The notes under the pieces were generated by a model, which saw only the letters and a program-made list of their open reading frames with translations, was not told the origin of the DNA and did no database searches. A DNA stretch of 63,510 nucleotides, filler included. It is 6 parts of 6 records of this genome, joined end to end, with 100 filler letters (N's around TTAATTAATTAA, not from the genome) between each part and the next. Parts side by side here need not be neighbours in the genome. Positions count along the whole stretch, not along the records: positions 14,330 to 43,505 come from SRR31156797_45675; 5 more parts are not named here. One strand, 5' to 3'. The position numbers and the translations under genes are program-made. Positions 19,597 to 29,215 of the stretch are shown here, in pieces. The stretch's first letter is position 1. The number at the start of each line of letters is the position of its first letter.

Positions 19597-21036
19597 ATGA
19601 AAGGCGGAACATCTAACGCCATTTGTGCCGTTGGCCTGATGCTCTGGTTTGTTGCGGCCCTGGCACTTTCAGGGTGTGCCAGCCGCCCTATCAACCCACC
19701 GATTGAGCAGGTCGACCCCCAAAGCGGATACCGTCCGCATCTCTTAATACAGAAGCGACGGAACAACGACCCGCATACGCTCTTCGTTCTTTCGTTTTCA
19801 GGGGGCGGTACCCGGGCGGCGGCGTTCTCGTACGGCGTCTTGGAAGAGCTCCGCCGCACCGAAGTCATGGTCGGTGGGCAACATCGCCGGCTCATTGACG
19901 AAGTCGATGTGATTACGGGCGTGTCGGGAGGAAGCTTCACGGCGCTTTCCTACGCCCTTTACGGCGAACGGCTGTTTTCCGAGTACGAGGAGCGTTTCCT
20001 CAAACGCGACGTGCAAGGTGCTCTGACCGGGCGTGTCCTGAATCCGTTCAACTGGTGGAAATTCATCGGCGGCAGCGCCGGCCGTTCGGAGCTCGCCGCT
20101 GAGTATTACGACGAGATACTGTTCGAAGGCGCCACCTTCGGTGATCTTCTCCATAAGCAGGGGCCGGTTGCCATCGCCACGGGGACGGATATTTCCACCG
20201 GATCCAGACTGGCGTTTTTCCAGAACGACTTCGACCTGCTCTGCTCGGACCTGAACAAGGTTCGCCTTTCCCGCGCGGCTGCCACGTCCTCCGCCGTTCC
20301 GATCGTTATGTCTCCGGTGACCTTTAACAATTATGGCGGTACTTGCGGGTATCAATATCCGGGCTGGGTGCAAAGCGTTTCCGATCCGGAAAAAAGGAGT
20401 CGGCCGGCCGGCCGCGCGCTTCAGCGTTACCATGAGATGAAGGCCTTCCAGAACAGCCAGGATCGCCCCTACATCCATCTTGTTGACGGTGGTGTGGCGG
20501 ACAATATCGGGGTGCGCGGGGTCCTGGAAGCGCTTGAGGAACTTGAGGCGAGCGCTGCCTTCCGCGGCGAGGTCGGCTTTGGTATGGTGCACCGGATCGT
20601 GCTGCTGGTCGTTAACGCCCGCTCGTCCCCCCGCACCGACTGGGATCGTCAAGAATCCCCGCCCGGTGCCGTGGGGCAGCTGCTGCAGGCATCCGGCGTG
20701 CCCATTGATCGATACTCTTTCGAAACCGTCGAAACCATGAAGGATCGGGCCGAAATACATAAGTGGCGGCGCGATCTCCTTGTGGCGCAGGCGCGTCTTG
20801 AAGGCGCAACCGAAGAGGAGGCGGAAGCGGTGGTGCCGAAAATTTCCTTGCACGTGCTCGACGTGAGTTTTGATGCCATTCCCGGCCCGGAAGAGCGCGC
20901 CTATTTCATGAACCTGCCGACAAGCTTCGTGCTGCCGGCTGAGGACATCGACCGGCTGCGCCAGGTTGCCGGCAGGCTGCTGCGCCATTCTGTCGAATAT
21001 AAGACAATCGTGCGCGAACTGGGTGGACCTCCCTGA
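19597..21036 (+). CDS. Patatin-like phospholipase, lipoprotein
   Basis: Lipobox LSGC; SGGGTRAA; GVSGG; DGG. Confidence 0.9.
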   Translation: MKGGTSNAICAVGLMLWFVAALALSGCASRPINPPIEQVDPQSGYRPHLLIQKRRNNDPHTLFVLSFSGGGTRAAAFSYGVLEELRRTEVMVGGQHRRLIDEVDVITGVSGGSFTALSYALYGERLFSEYEERFLKRDVQGALTGRVLNPFNWWKFIGGSAGRSELAAEYYDEILFEGATFGDLLHKQGPVAIATGTDISTGSRLAFFQNDFDLLCSDLNKVRLSRAAATSSAVPIVMSPVTFNNYGGTCGYQYPGWVQSVSDPEKRSRPAGRALQRYHEMKAFQNSQDRPYIHLVDGGVADNIGVRGVLEALEELEASAAFRGEVGFGMVHRIVLLVVNARSSPRTDWDRQESPPGAVGQLLQASGVPIDRYSFETVETMKDRAEIHKWRRDLLVAQARLEGATEEEAEAVVPKISLHVLDVSFDAIPGPEERAYFMNLPTSFVLPAEDIDRLRQVAGRLLRHSVEYKTIVRELGGPP

Positions 21037-21078
21037 GAATAGCCTTGGCAGCAGACCGAAAAATTCAAATTTTCACAT

Positions 21079-21417
21079 TTAAGAAAGACTCAGTTTAATA
21101 GCCCTGTCGACTTCATTCATCCTTTTTTGCCCCAAACGACCCAGGGGTTTTTCCAGCCTTTCCTTCGAAATGGTCAGTATCTGACTGGTTTTAACCATCG
21201 AAGGTCTCTCAACCCCCCCTTCCGGCGGCCTGACTTTGACGTTCATCGGGTAATCCCGAACAGTGCTTGAAATGGCGGCTACAATGGTTGTCGGGGATTT
21301 TTCATTGCCGATGTCATTCTGAATCACAAGCGCCGGTCGCCTGCCCGCCTGCTCGCTTCCCCTGGCGGGATTCCAATTGACAAGCCACACCTCACCGCGT
21401 CTGGGGAATCTTTTCAT
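21079..21417 (-). CDS. mazF: PemK/MazF-family toxin
   Basis: RGEVWLV.WNP.RGSEQAGRRPALVIQNDIGN. Confidence 0.93.
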   Translation of the reverse strand: MKRFPRRGEVWLVNWNPARGSEQAGRRPALVIQNDIGNEKSPTTIVAAISSTVRDYPMNVKVRPPEGGVERPSMVKTSQILTISKERLEKPLGRLGQKRMNEVDRAIKLSLS

Positions 21418-21647
21418 TTGATAACCTCTCGCTGAGCATCAAAAGCCAATGCCGCAAAGGCTTCATCTTCTTCGGCCATTTCTTCATAACCTTTGGCCAT
21501 GAGGGCTTCAGTCTCGTTTTTGAGCCAAAGGGCAAAGGCTTCCTGGGCGAGCTGGCTTTTAGCAATTCGGCGGCTCTTGGATGCTTTTTCAATAGCTTCA
21601 TAGATCTCTTCGTCAATGGTTAAGCTGACCTTCCTTTTGGTTCTCAT
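21414..21647 (-). CDS. Ribbon-helix-helix antitoxin
   Basis: KVSLTIDEEI; MAKGYEEMAEE; overlaps the toxin start. Confidence 0.85.
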   Translation of the reverse strand: MRTKRKVSLTIDEEIYEAIEKASKSRRIAKSQLAQEAFALWLKNETEALMAKGYEEMAEEDEAFAALAFDAQREVIK

Positions 21648-21658
21648 TTTATACCTCC

Positions 21659-21709
21659 ATATTATCGTATAACTTATACGATAATATGCGCTATCTATGC
21701 CCTTGTCAA
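21659..21709 (-). promoter_or_regulatory. TA promoter with overlapping palindromic operator
   Basis: Minus strand TTGACA (21709-21704)-17-TATTAT (21686-21681); palindrome ATATTATCGTATAA-C-TTATACGATAATAT at 21659-21687. Confidence 0.85.
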
Positions 21710-21835
21710 TATGCCTTGAAACATTGTTGATTTTATTTTAGAAAATTGAATATTAATGATTTTCATAAAAAAGTCCGATTTTTTTAAGATCCATGAACCA
21801 TTTGGGACGGCGGAAATAGGGAAAGGAAGGCTACC

Positions 21836-22342
21836 ATGAAAAAAGATGCACTATATTGGGCTGAACGGGCGGAAAGGGGGATCTACTGGGCCGTGGGCGC
21901 ATTGCTTATTATTGTGGCGGTCATTTTCCTCATCTTTATTGTGGTTGAAGGTTTTCCCCTCTATTTAAAGGGGGAATTCGCAACTGCAACCATCAAACTC
22001 TTTGACCAAGCCCTGCTCACACTCATGCTCGCGCAAGTCGTTTACACGACGGTTGCTTTCCTGAAAGTCGGCACGCTTCAGGTGGAACCGATTCTCGTGG
22101 TGGGGATTATTGCATCGGTAAGGCGTATCCTGGTGTTGACGGCCGTGGTGGCGGGAACAGCCGGCAACGTGGGTGCAACGCTCACTTTTCGCCAGGACAT
22201 GGTCGAAATCGGCCTGCTCTCCTTTACCGTGCTAATTTTAGCTGTGGCCATCTATCTGGTGCGAAAATCCAAAGACTTTCAGGCTTCAGATGAAAAGGCG
22301 ACCGAACCCACACCCGCAAATGATAACAGGGTTAAACCTTGA
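21836..22342 (+). CDS. PsiE-family membrane protein
   Basis: Four TM segments; EPILVVGIIASVRRILV. Confidence 0.75.
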   Translation: MKKDALYWAERAERGIYWAVGALLIIVAVIFLIFIVVEGFPLYLKGEFATATIKLFDQALLTLMLAQVVYTTVAFLKVGTLQVEPILVVGIIASVRRILVLTAVVAGTAGNVGATLTFRQDMVEIGLLSFTVLILAVAIYLVRKSKDFQASDEKATEPTPANDNRVKP

Positions 22343-22445
22343 TTTGTGATTTAAGGCGCTTTTGAGGTCATCCCCCTTCTATTTGACGTAAAAAAAACGG
22401 CTCATCGCTGATTAACGTGAAAACTTCCCCGGAGGGGAAAAGTCG

Positions 22446-22475
22446 TATAGCCGGTGGCTTTAACCACCGGCTATA
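22446..22475. terminator. Hairpin between convergent genes
   Basis: TATAGCCGGTGG-ctttaa-CCACCGGCTATA. Confidence 0.55.
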
Positions 22476-22567
22476 TGCCCACTTCCTTTCAGGATATAAA
22501 CCAACCATGACAATTTCATGCTAATCCGCGATGAGGCAAAAAAACATTCGGGTTCCGACCCGGTCTG

Positions 22568-23335
22568 CTAAAACAAGGGTACCCGCTCCAGAATCTCTCC
22601 AAACCGTTCCCCTTGGACGGAAAAACGTCGGTAGTGGGCCAGGCAATGATCCAGTATCTCCAGAACTTGGGATGGGGAGTAAATGGAAGGGAGTGCCTCC
22701 GCCAGTCGGGGATGCCTTCCCAGTTTGCCGCCCAACAGGATTCCATATCCCTTCTCAGCCAAGACAAGGGTTCGGGTCGGGCAGGCCTTGATGCACTGCC
22801 CGCAGGCGAGACATCGGGATTCATCGATACGAACCGTCTCTTCATGGAGAGTGATGGCCCCCTCCCTGCAGATCTCCCGACAGGCGCCACAGCCGCTGCA
22901 AGGCGCTTCGGACACAAGGGGCCTTTCGGCGCCCAGAAGACCGAAATCCGCTATCTGGGGACGGGAACACCCATTGGGGCAATCGGATAGGGATACCCGG
23001 AACTCATGGTGCATCTTTAGGGGGCCGTTCACTTTCTCCTCTAAAAATGTTTTCAGCCTCTTTTTATTCAGAACCGTTTCCATTTTTTCCGGAAGGTCGT
23101 CCACATGATACGCCCGGTTGGGACATCCGCCGGCGCCGAAACAGGTCTCTATGCCATACCCCTTCACCTCCTGCTCCATTCTGGTCAAGAACCGTTTCCG
23201 GCAGGTGTCCATATGGTCTATCTTTACCACTTTTGGGCCTTTTGAACGGGCTTCTTCAACCCGCTTTTTAACCCGTTTTCTGACGAAGAAAGGAACCCTG
23301 TTCAGGGCCTTTTCGGCTTCCTCATCCCATTTCAT
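22568..23335 (-). CDS. PCP_red-like N-terminus + nitrite/sulfite reductase 4Fe-4S domain + 2x4Fe-4S ferredoxin
   Basis: W..EAE..L.RVPFFVRK; CFGAGGC; CPNGC; CSGCGACREIC; CLACGQCIKACP; GGKLGRHP. Confidence 0.8.
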   Translation of the reverse strand: MKWDEEAEKALNRVPFFVRKRVKKRVEEARSKGPKVVKIDHMDTCRKRFLTRMEQEVKGYGIETCFGAGGCPNRAYHVDDLPEKMETVLNKKRLKTFLEEKVNGPLKMHHEFRVSLSDCPNGCSRPQIADFGLLGAERPLVSEAPCSGCGACREICREGAITLHEETVRIDESRCLACGQCIKACPTRTLVLAEKGYGILLGGKLGRHPRLAEALPSIYSPSQVLEILDHCLAHYRRFSVQGERFGEILERVPLF

Positions 23336-23414
23336 GGTCTATTGTCCCATCTCTGTTGAATTTCATTCATTCCGTTTTCGGAGACGATCATAGATAAATT
23401 CGAGCCCAAAGTCA

Positions 23415-23428
23415 TTGACTTATGTCAA
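23415..23428. promoter_or_regulatory. FNR/CRP-family-like palindromic box
   Basis: TTGAC-TTAT-GTCAA in a divergent intergenic region. Confidence 0.6.
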
Positions 23429-23527
23429 AAAGTGGGAAGGTGTTCATCATGAAAAATTGGACATTGTTGTTAAAGCTTTATAAGATGGCGCAATTCAATA
23501 CCTTCGGGATGGGGACTTGAGAGACGA

Positions 23528-24832
23528 ATGGGCGTGAATCAGGAACGAAGAACCTATGGACATTACCTGAATACCTTTATCCTTCACTTCAGACCCCGCA
23601 GCATCCCCGAACAGACCCTTACATTCACCCTCACCTGGGGCCTGGGCGGCATGGCTTTCGTTCTGCTGATGCTCCTGATGGGAACGGGCCTGTTGTTGAA
23701 ATTCTACTATCTTCCCTTCCCGGAAAAGGCCTACGAATCCATCCTGTACCTGGAAAATGGCGTTCTTTTCGGCCGGCTTATCCGGAATATCCACCATTGG
23801 AGTGCCAACCTGGCTTTGTTGGTGGTGTTTCTGCATTTTATCCGGATCTTTTTAACAAGCGCCTTTCATCCGCCGCGCCGGCTCAACTGGGTCGTGGGAT
23901 TGAGCCTTTTTCTACTGATGCTGTTGTCCAACTTTACCGGTTACCTCCTGCCATGGGATCAACTCTCTTACTGGGCGGTCACCATCAGCGTGGGTATGCT
24001 GGAGTATATCCCGGTTGTGGGGCTTTGGCTCCAGGAATTGATCCAGGGCGGCCCGGAAGTGGGCCCGGCCACCTTGTCCAATTTCTACGCCATCCATACG
24101 GCTGTGCTTCCGGGTTTGCTCATTTTCTTCATGTTGTTTCATTTCTGGCGTGTGCGCAAGGCAAAGGGTGTGGTGATTCCCAGAGGGCCCGGTGAAAAGC
24201 CGGAAGACCATAACGACAAGGTGCCTGCAATTCCCCACCTGCTGGTGCGTGAATTGACGGTTGCACTGGCACTGCTCGCTCTCATCCTGGCCTTTTCCAT
24301 CCTGTTTGACGCGCCCCTTCAAAACAAGGCCAATCCGGGTTTGAGCCCTAATCCCACCAAAGCCCCCTGGTACTTCATGGGCATTCAGGAATTGCTGCTC
24401 CATTTCCATCCCCTTTTTTCCCTCTTTATCATACCCCTTTGCATGTTGACGGGTCTTTTCATCCTTCCCTATTTCCGCTATCCATCCAATCCGGCGGGAA
24501 TCTGGCTCATCTCCATCCGGGGCCGGAGGATGGCTCTGATGGGCGTTTTATTCGCCCTTGTGATCACCATGGGAGGCATCCTGCTCCAGGCGTTCGGATC
24601 TTCACCGCTTCCCATTTCGGGAACCCGGGGCTACCTAACCGGCGGACTGCTCCCCTTCATGATCGTTGTGGCGGTTATCTCAGGGTTTTATACGGCGATG
24701 AAACGCCTTTATTCGGCCAACCGCAATGAAGCCGTTCAAACCCTCCTTGTTTTTCTACTGACCGCATTTGTGATCCTCACGGTTACGGGGATATGGTTCA
24801 GGGGCGCCGGGATGAAACTGGTATGGCCGTAG
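23528..24832 (+). CDS. Cytochrome b/b6 fused to a subunit IV-like region
   Basis: RNIHHWSAN...FLH; FTGYLLPWDQLSYWA; HTAVLPGLLIFFMLFH; KAPWYF (PEWY equivalent). Confidence 0.92.
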   Translation: MGVNQERRTYGHYLNTFILHFRPRSIPEQTLTFTLTWGLGGMAFVLLMLLMGTGLLLKFYYLPFPEKAYESILYLENGVLFGRLIRNIHHWSANLALLVVFLHFIRIFLTSAFHPPRRLNWVVGLSLFLLMLLSNFTGYLLPWDQLSYWAVTISVGMLEYIPVVGLWLQELIQGGPEVGPATLSNFYAIHTAVLPGLLIFFMLFHFWRVRKAKGVVIPRGPGEKPEDHNDKVPAIPHLLVRELTVALALLALILAFSILFDAPLQNKANPGLSPNPTKAPWYFMGIQELLLHFHPLFSLFIIPLCMLTGLFILPYFRYPSNPAGIWLISIRGRRMALMGVLFALVITMGGILLQAFGSSPLPISGTRGYLTGGLLPFMIVVAVISGFYTAMKRLYSANRNEAVQTLLVFLLTAFVILTVTGIWFRGAGMKLVWP

Positions 24833-24840
24833 AAAGGAAG

Positions 24841-25362
24841 ATGCACGTGAAAAAAGAGAGTAATCCCGTTCCAGAATTGCCGCAAGCGGAACCGTCAAGG
24901 CGATCGTTCTTGAACAAACTCTGGGCGGGTCTGGGCTTTCTTGCCATCCTTGAAGTAATCGGTCTTGTGACGGTCTTTCTGCGGCCCGGAAATAAGCAGG
25001 CGAAAAGTGCAGAGGAAAAGGTCATCACGGCCGGTCCCGTGGAAAAATTCCCGGCGGATTCCGTCACGGCATTTGTGAGGGGAAAGTTCTACCTGGCCCG
25101 ACTGTCGGATGGCGGTTTTCTGGCGCTTTCGCGCAAGTGCACCCATCTGGGGTGCACCGTACCCTGGCTTCCAGAAGAAGGGAGATTCGAATGCCCCTGT
25201 CATGCCTCGGCATTCGACATCCGGGGTGAGGTCATCCGGGCCCCGGCGCCCCGCGCCCTTGATATGTATCACCTGTTTATTGAAAACAATGCGGTCAAGG
25301 TGGATACGGGCCGGGTGATTAAGCGGGGATGTTTTGATGTTGCACAGGTGGTTTATCCGTGA
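24841..25362 (+). CDS. Rieske 2Fe-2S protein with Tat anchor
   Basis: SRRSFL plus TM; CTHLGC; CPCH; PAPRAL. Confidence 0.92.
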   Translation: MHVKKESNPVPELPQAEPSRRSFLNKLWAGLGFLAILEVIGLVTVFLRPGNKQAKSAEEKVITAGPVEKFPADSVTAFVRGKFYLARLSDGGFLALSRKCTHLGCTVPWLPEEGRFECPCHASAFDIRGEVIRAPAPRALDMYHLFIENNAVKVDTGRVIKRGCFDVAQVVYP

Positions 25363-25363
25363 A

Positions 25364-25416
25364 ATGGCTCATGGTTGATGGCTCATGGTTGATGGCTCAT
25401 GGCTCATGGTTGATGG
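25364..25416 (+). repeat. Heptamer tandem repeat (ATGGCTC/ATGGTTG) x7
   Basis: Read directly between the Rieske stop and the cytochrome start. Confidence 0.9.
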
Positions 25417-25431
25417 GATATTTGGAATCTG

Positions 25432-27702
25432 ATGAATAAGGACATGTTTTATTGGAAACTGACCGGCATCATCGCCACCCTGGTGATCATCCTTTCCATA
25501 CCCCTGTACCTGATCAAGGAGAAATCTTTCAAATCTTCCGGAATACATCTCCAGGCCGAAAGCCGCGCAACATTTGTGGGCAGTACAAAATGTCGGGATT
25601 ACCACAAGAACGAATTCGATAAGTGGCTGGGATCCCACCATGATCATGCCATGCACGTGGCGGACGAACTGACTGTTCTGGGCGATTTCAATAATGCGGT
25701 GTTCGAAAACAACGGTGTTCAGTCCCGATTCTATCGAAAGGGAAGAAAATTTTTCGTTAAGACCCTTGGACCCGATGGAAGGATGGACGATTTTCGGATT
25801 ACCCACACCTTTGGCTGGTACCCGCTTCAGCAGTATCTGGTTCCCTTTCCCGGAGGGAGGCTTCAGTGTCTCCCCATGGCATGGAATGAGCGGGATAAGA
25901 AGTGGTATCACCTCTATCCCGATCCTGTGAATCCCAAGGATTGGCTCTATTGGACCAATGCCGGGCAGAACTGGAACGGCATGTGTGCCGAGTGTCACTC
26001 CACAAATCTGAAGAAAAACTATGATCCCAAAACGGACACTTACACGACCACCTGGTCCGAGATTAACGTGGGCTGTGAAGCCTGCCACGGCCCCGGGTCA
26101 AGCCATGTGGCGTGGGCTGAAACGCCCGAGATGGGGCGTTCGGATGTGGAGAATTATGATTTGATGGTGAAAACCAACGATTTGAATTCAAGGGAAATGG
26201 TGGAACTCTGTGCGCCGTGCCATTCCCGCCGTGCGGCTTTGGGCGATTATACCCATTCGGAACCGGACCTGTTGGACAGCCTTTTGCCCAGCCAACTGGA
26301 CCGGGGGTTGTATTACCCGGACGGGCAGATTCTGGAAGAAGTGTATGTGTACGGCTCATTTACCCAGAGCAAGATGTACCATCGGGATGTGGACTGCGGC
26401 GACTGTCATGATGTACACAGCCTCAAGCTTGTAAAGGAAGGCAACGACCTCTGTCTGCAATGTCACCGGGCAGCCGAGTATGACGCCAAAACCCATCACT
26501 TTCACAAAAATGACGGGGAAAAAGGCGATCCCATCAAATCCGCGGACGGAAAGGTAGCCTTCGCAGTGGGCACCGGGGCCCACTGCATCCAGTGTCACAT
26601 GCCGGGCCGCACCTACATGGGCATCGATTATCGGCCGGACCACAGCCTAAGGATTCCCAGACCGGATCTCAGCGGCAGCATCCACGTCCCCAATGCCTGC
26701 AACCGCTGTCACTTCGATAAATCGGATAAATGGTCCGATGAGGCCATCACCAAATGGTACGGGCCGGGTCGAAGACCCCATTACGGAACCGTGATCGAGG
26801 CCGGTCGAAACGGATCGCCCCTGGCCGAAAAAGCGTTGTTGGAAATCGCCGGGGACCCCCTTTATCCTGTCATTGTGCGGGCTACGGCCCTTTCCCTTCT
26901 GACCGCCTATCCGGGTGAAAGCACCCGCCGTGCATTTGAGCTGGCCCTGATGGATGAGGAGGCGCTGATCCGTCAGGCCGCAGTGAGCGGTTTGGGGGTA
27001 AATGATGCGAAAGATATGGCAAAGCTTCTTGGGCCGCTTCTCTACGATCCGGTCAAAGCGGTGCGCATTGAAGCGGTCCGAAGGCTGGCCGGCGAACCTT
27101 CCGCGCATCTAAAAGAAAAGGACCGAAAAATTTTTGAGCAGGCCCTTGGGGAATTTAAAAGTTCAATGGCATATGCCGCGGATTTCGCCTACGGCAGGTT
27201 CAATCTCGCCAATCTTGATATGGCATTGGGTCGGCCGGAAGCGGCCATACAAAATTACCGGGCCGCCATTGCCATTGATGACCTGTTCTATCCCGCCAAG
27301 GTCAACCTGGCCATGCTGTACAATGGGATGGGGGACAAGGACAAGCCAGAAGAACTGCTCCGTCAGGTGGTGGCAGCCCATCCACGGCAATACCAGGCGG
27401 CCTATTCCCTGGGGCTCCTTCTGGCTGAAAAGAAAAAATACCATGAAGCCGCCCAATATCTGGCGACAGCCGCCGGCGGGATGCGCGATCACGCCCGTGT
27501 TCATTATAATCTGGGGGTTCTCCTGGACTACCTGGGAAAGGATCCTGATGCGGAAAGGGCGTTGTTGCGGGCTCTTGAACTGGAGCCTGAAAACATCGAT
27601 TTTCTGAACGCCACGGCGCAATTCTATGTGAAACGGAAACAATATGAAAAGGCAAAAATTTTGCTTGATAGAATTGACGTTGCGAAAGCCAAAAACCGTT
27701 GA
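25432..27702 (+). CDS. Membrane-anchored multiheme cytochrome c with HEAT and TPR repeats (homolog of 2073-4403)
   Basis: N-terminal TM; 7 CxxCH (CAECH, CEACH, CAPCH, CGDCH, CLQCH, CIQCH, CNRCH) plus degenerate CRDYH; shared NYDPKT..Y.TTW.E, YPDG and PNACN.CH.DK. Confidence 0.9.
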   Translation: MNKDMFYWKLTGIIATLVIILSIPLYLIKEKSFKSSGIHLQAESRATFVGSTKCRDYHKNEFDKWLGSHHDHAMHVADELTVLGDFNNAVFENNGVQSRFYRKGRKFFVKTLGPDGRMDDFRITHTFGWYPLQQYLVPFPGGRLQCLPMAWNERDKKWYHLYPDPVNPKDWLYWTNAGQNWNGMCAECHSTNLKKNYDPKTDTYTTTWSEINVGCEACHGPGSSHVAWAETPEMGRSDVENYDLMVKTNDLNSREMVELCAPCHSRRAALGDYTHSEPDLLDSLLPSQLDRGLYYPDGQILEEVYVYGSFTQSKMYHRDVDCGDCHDVHSLKLVKEGNDLCLQCHRAAEYDAKTHHFHKNDGEKGDPIKSADGKVAFAVGTGAHCIQCHMPGRTYMGIDYRPDHSLRIPRPDLSGSIHVPNACNRCHFDKSDKWSDEAITKWYGPGRRPHYGTVIEAGRNGSPLAEKALLEIAGDPLYPVIVRATALSLLTAYPGESTRRAFELALMDEEALIRQAAVSGLGVNDAKDMAKLLGPLLYDPVKAVRIEAVRRLAGEPSAHLKEKDRKIFEQALGEFKSSMAYAADFAYGRFNLANLDMALGRPEAAIQNYRAAIAIDDLFYPAKVNLAMLYNGMGDKDKPEELLRQVVAAHPRQYQAAYSLGLLLAEKKKYHEAAQYLATAAGGMRDHARVHYNLGVLLDYLGKDPDAERALLRALELEPENIDFLNATAQFYVKRKQYEKAKILLDRIDVAKAKNR

Positions 27703-27785
27703 AGGATTCATAACTGTTAAGAGGGTGCAGGGGTCAGTTGTCAGGGGGCAGGATAGGCTCTGCTTCATCCATGGCGCTTACGAAA

Positions 27786-29149
27786 TCATAGTTTAAACTG
27801 GAACCTCACTTGAAAGATGTTGGCGTTCCCCCCATCGATGGGAGGGTCATCGCGATCCATGACACGGGCGTGGACATAGTTGAACATGATGCGCGTATTC
27901 CCATTGAGGTACCAGTTGAGGCCGGCGGTAAAATCGATCTCCGCTCCTCCCCGAATGTCTCGACTGTTGAGATCCACATAAGATAGGCGTAAGGCGGCCT
28001 CCAAAGCCCCCCAACCATCTGCCGTGAAATGGAACTCCTCCCGGGTGTCACGCCTTTAAAAATACCCTTGGACCGGTCATAGGGCCTATGTTCACCGGTC
28101 AAACAATAGCTACCATACATGTAGATGCCCCAGAATCTCGGATCCCCCACCGATTCCGCGTTTGTGAACACATGGAACAGCTCACCTTGAACCGACAAGG
28201 GTCCTCGAACCATGGCAGCCTCATATCCGAAAAGATTCACCGCCTCCGTATAAAATTGCCCCGTGTTTACGAAAGTGTCGTCAGTGAGGCGCGACTCGGG
28301 ATGGGCACGCAATTTAAGTTGCGAATCCGCCCGGGTATCATCCCGAAACTGATGGCTATAAGAAAAACCGAGATGGAGGAGATTTTTACCGTCATTTTCA
28401 TAACGGGGAAGGCCGGTGACCCTGAAGGACAAGGCCGAACCAAAAGCATTACTTAAATAGTTGGTGGCATCGGTCACATCACTGAAAGAGCCGGTGATCA
28501 GAAAATAGCCCGCGGCCCAAGTCATACGGTCATTGAGGGCTGTATTTTGGCACAGGATGCCGATGTTTCGACCCGGATTAAACGCTTCCACCGGAAGGGC
28601 GACTTCCATGAAGGTCCGATCGGCGTTGCTCATGAATCCTTCCAGGGAAAAAGGCTCCTTCGTATGACCGGCCTTGGCCGTTCCAAGGAACGGGATTTTC
28701 CCATAGCTGATCCAGATATCCTTGATCTGACGCACATTGGCAAAGTCCATGTCGAACTGGAATTTCCAGTTTTCATAAAAAGACCCCGACAAACGGACCT
28801 TCAGCTCCCGAAAATTCCCCTTCCAACCCGGAAGGTCCGAAAATGCACTCTTCAGTGTCTCGTTGGCACCCAAATACCCGCCATCAAGTCTCGCTTCTCC
28901 ACCAACTTTAATCTTATACCTGCCGCCGGGACTTTCCGCGCGAAAACCGTCTTTGAAATAATAATGGAAACCGAGCGGATCATTGAAGCCTTTTTCAAGT
29001 TCCTTTCTGAACATCTCTTCAAAAGGAAGATCCGGTTCAGGGATCGGTTTTTCGGCAAGGACGATCCCGGTAGAAAACATCAGTAGCCAAAGGAATGCCA
29101 GGACAATTCCCAGGTGCACAGGCCGTTTCCAAAAGATTTCTATTCCCAA
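27786..29149 (-). pseudogene. OprO/OprP-family porin with a frameshift near 28040
   Basis: GHTKEPFSLE...FME; YCLTGEHRPY; continues in another frame as GWGALEAALRLSYVDLN...GLNWYLN...QVRFQFKL. Confidence 0.82.
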
Positions 29150-29215
29150 CTCAGGCTCCGGTGATACTTACATAATGGGCACTATTTCCAGATAAACCCG
29201 TTGATCCAGAATTTG

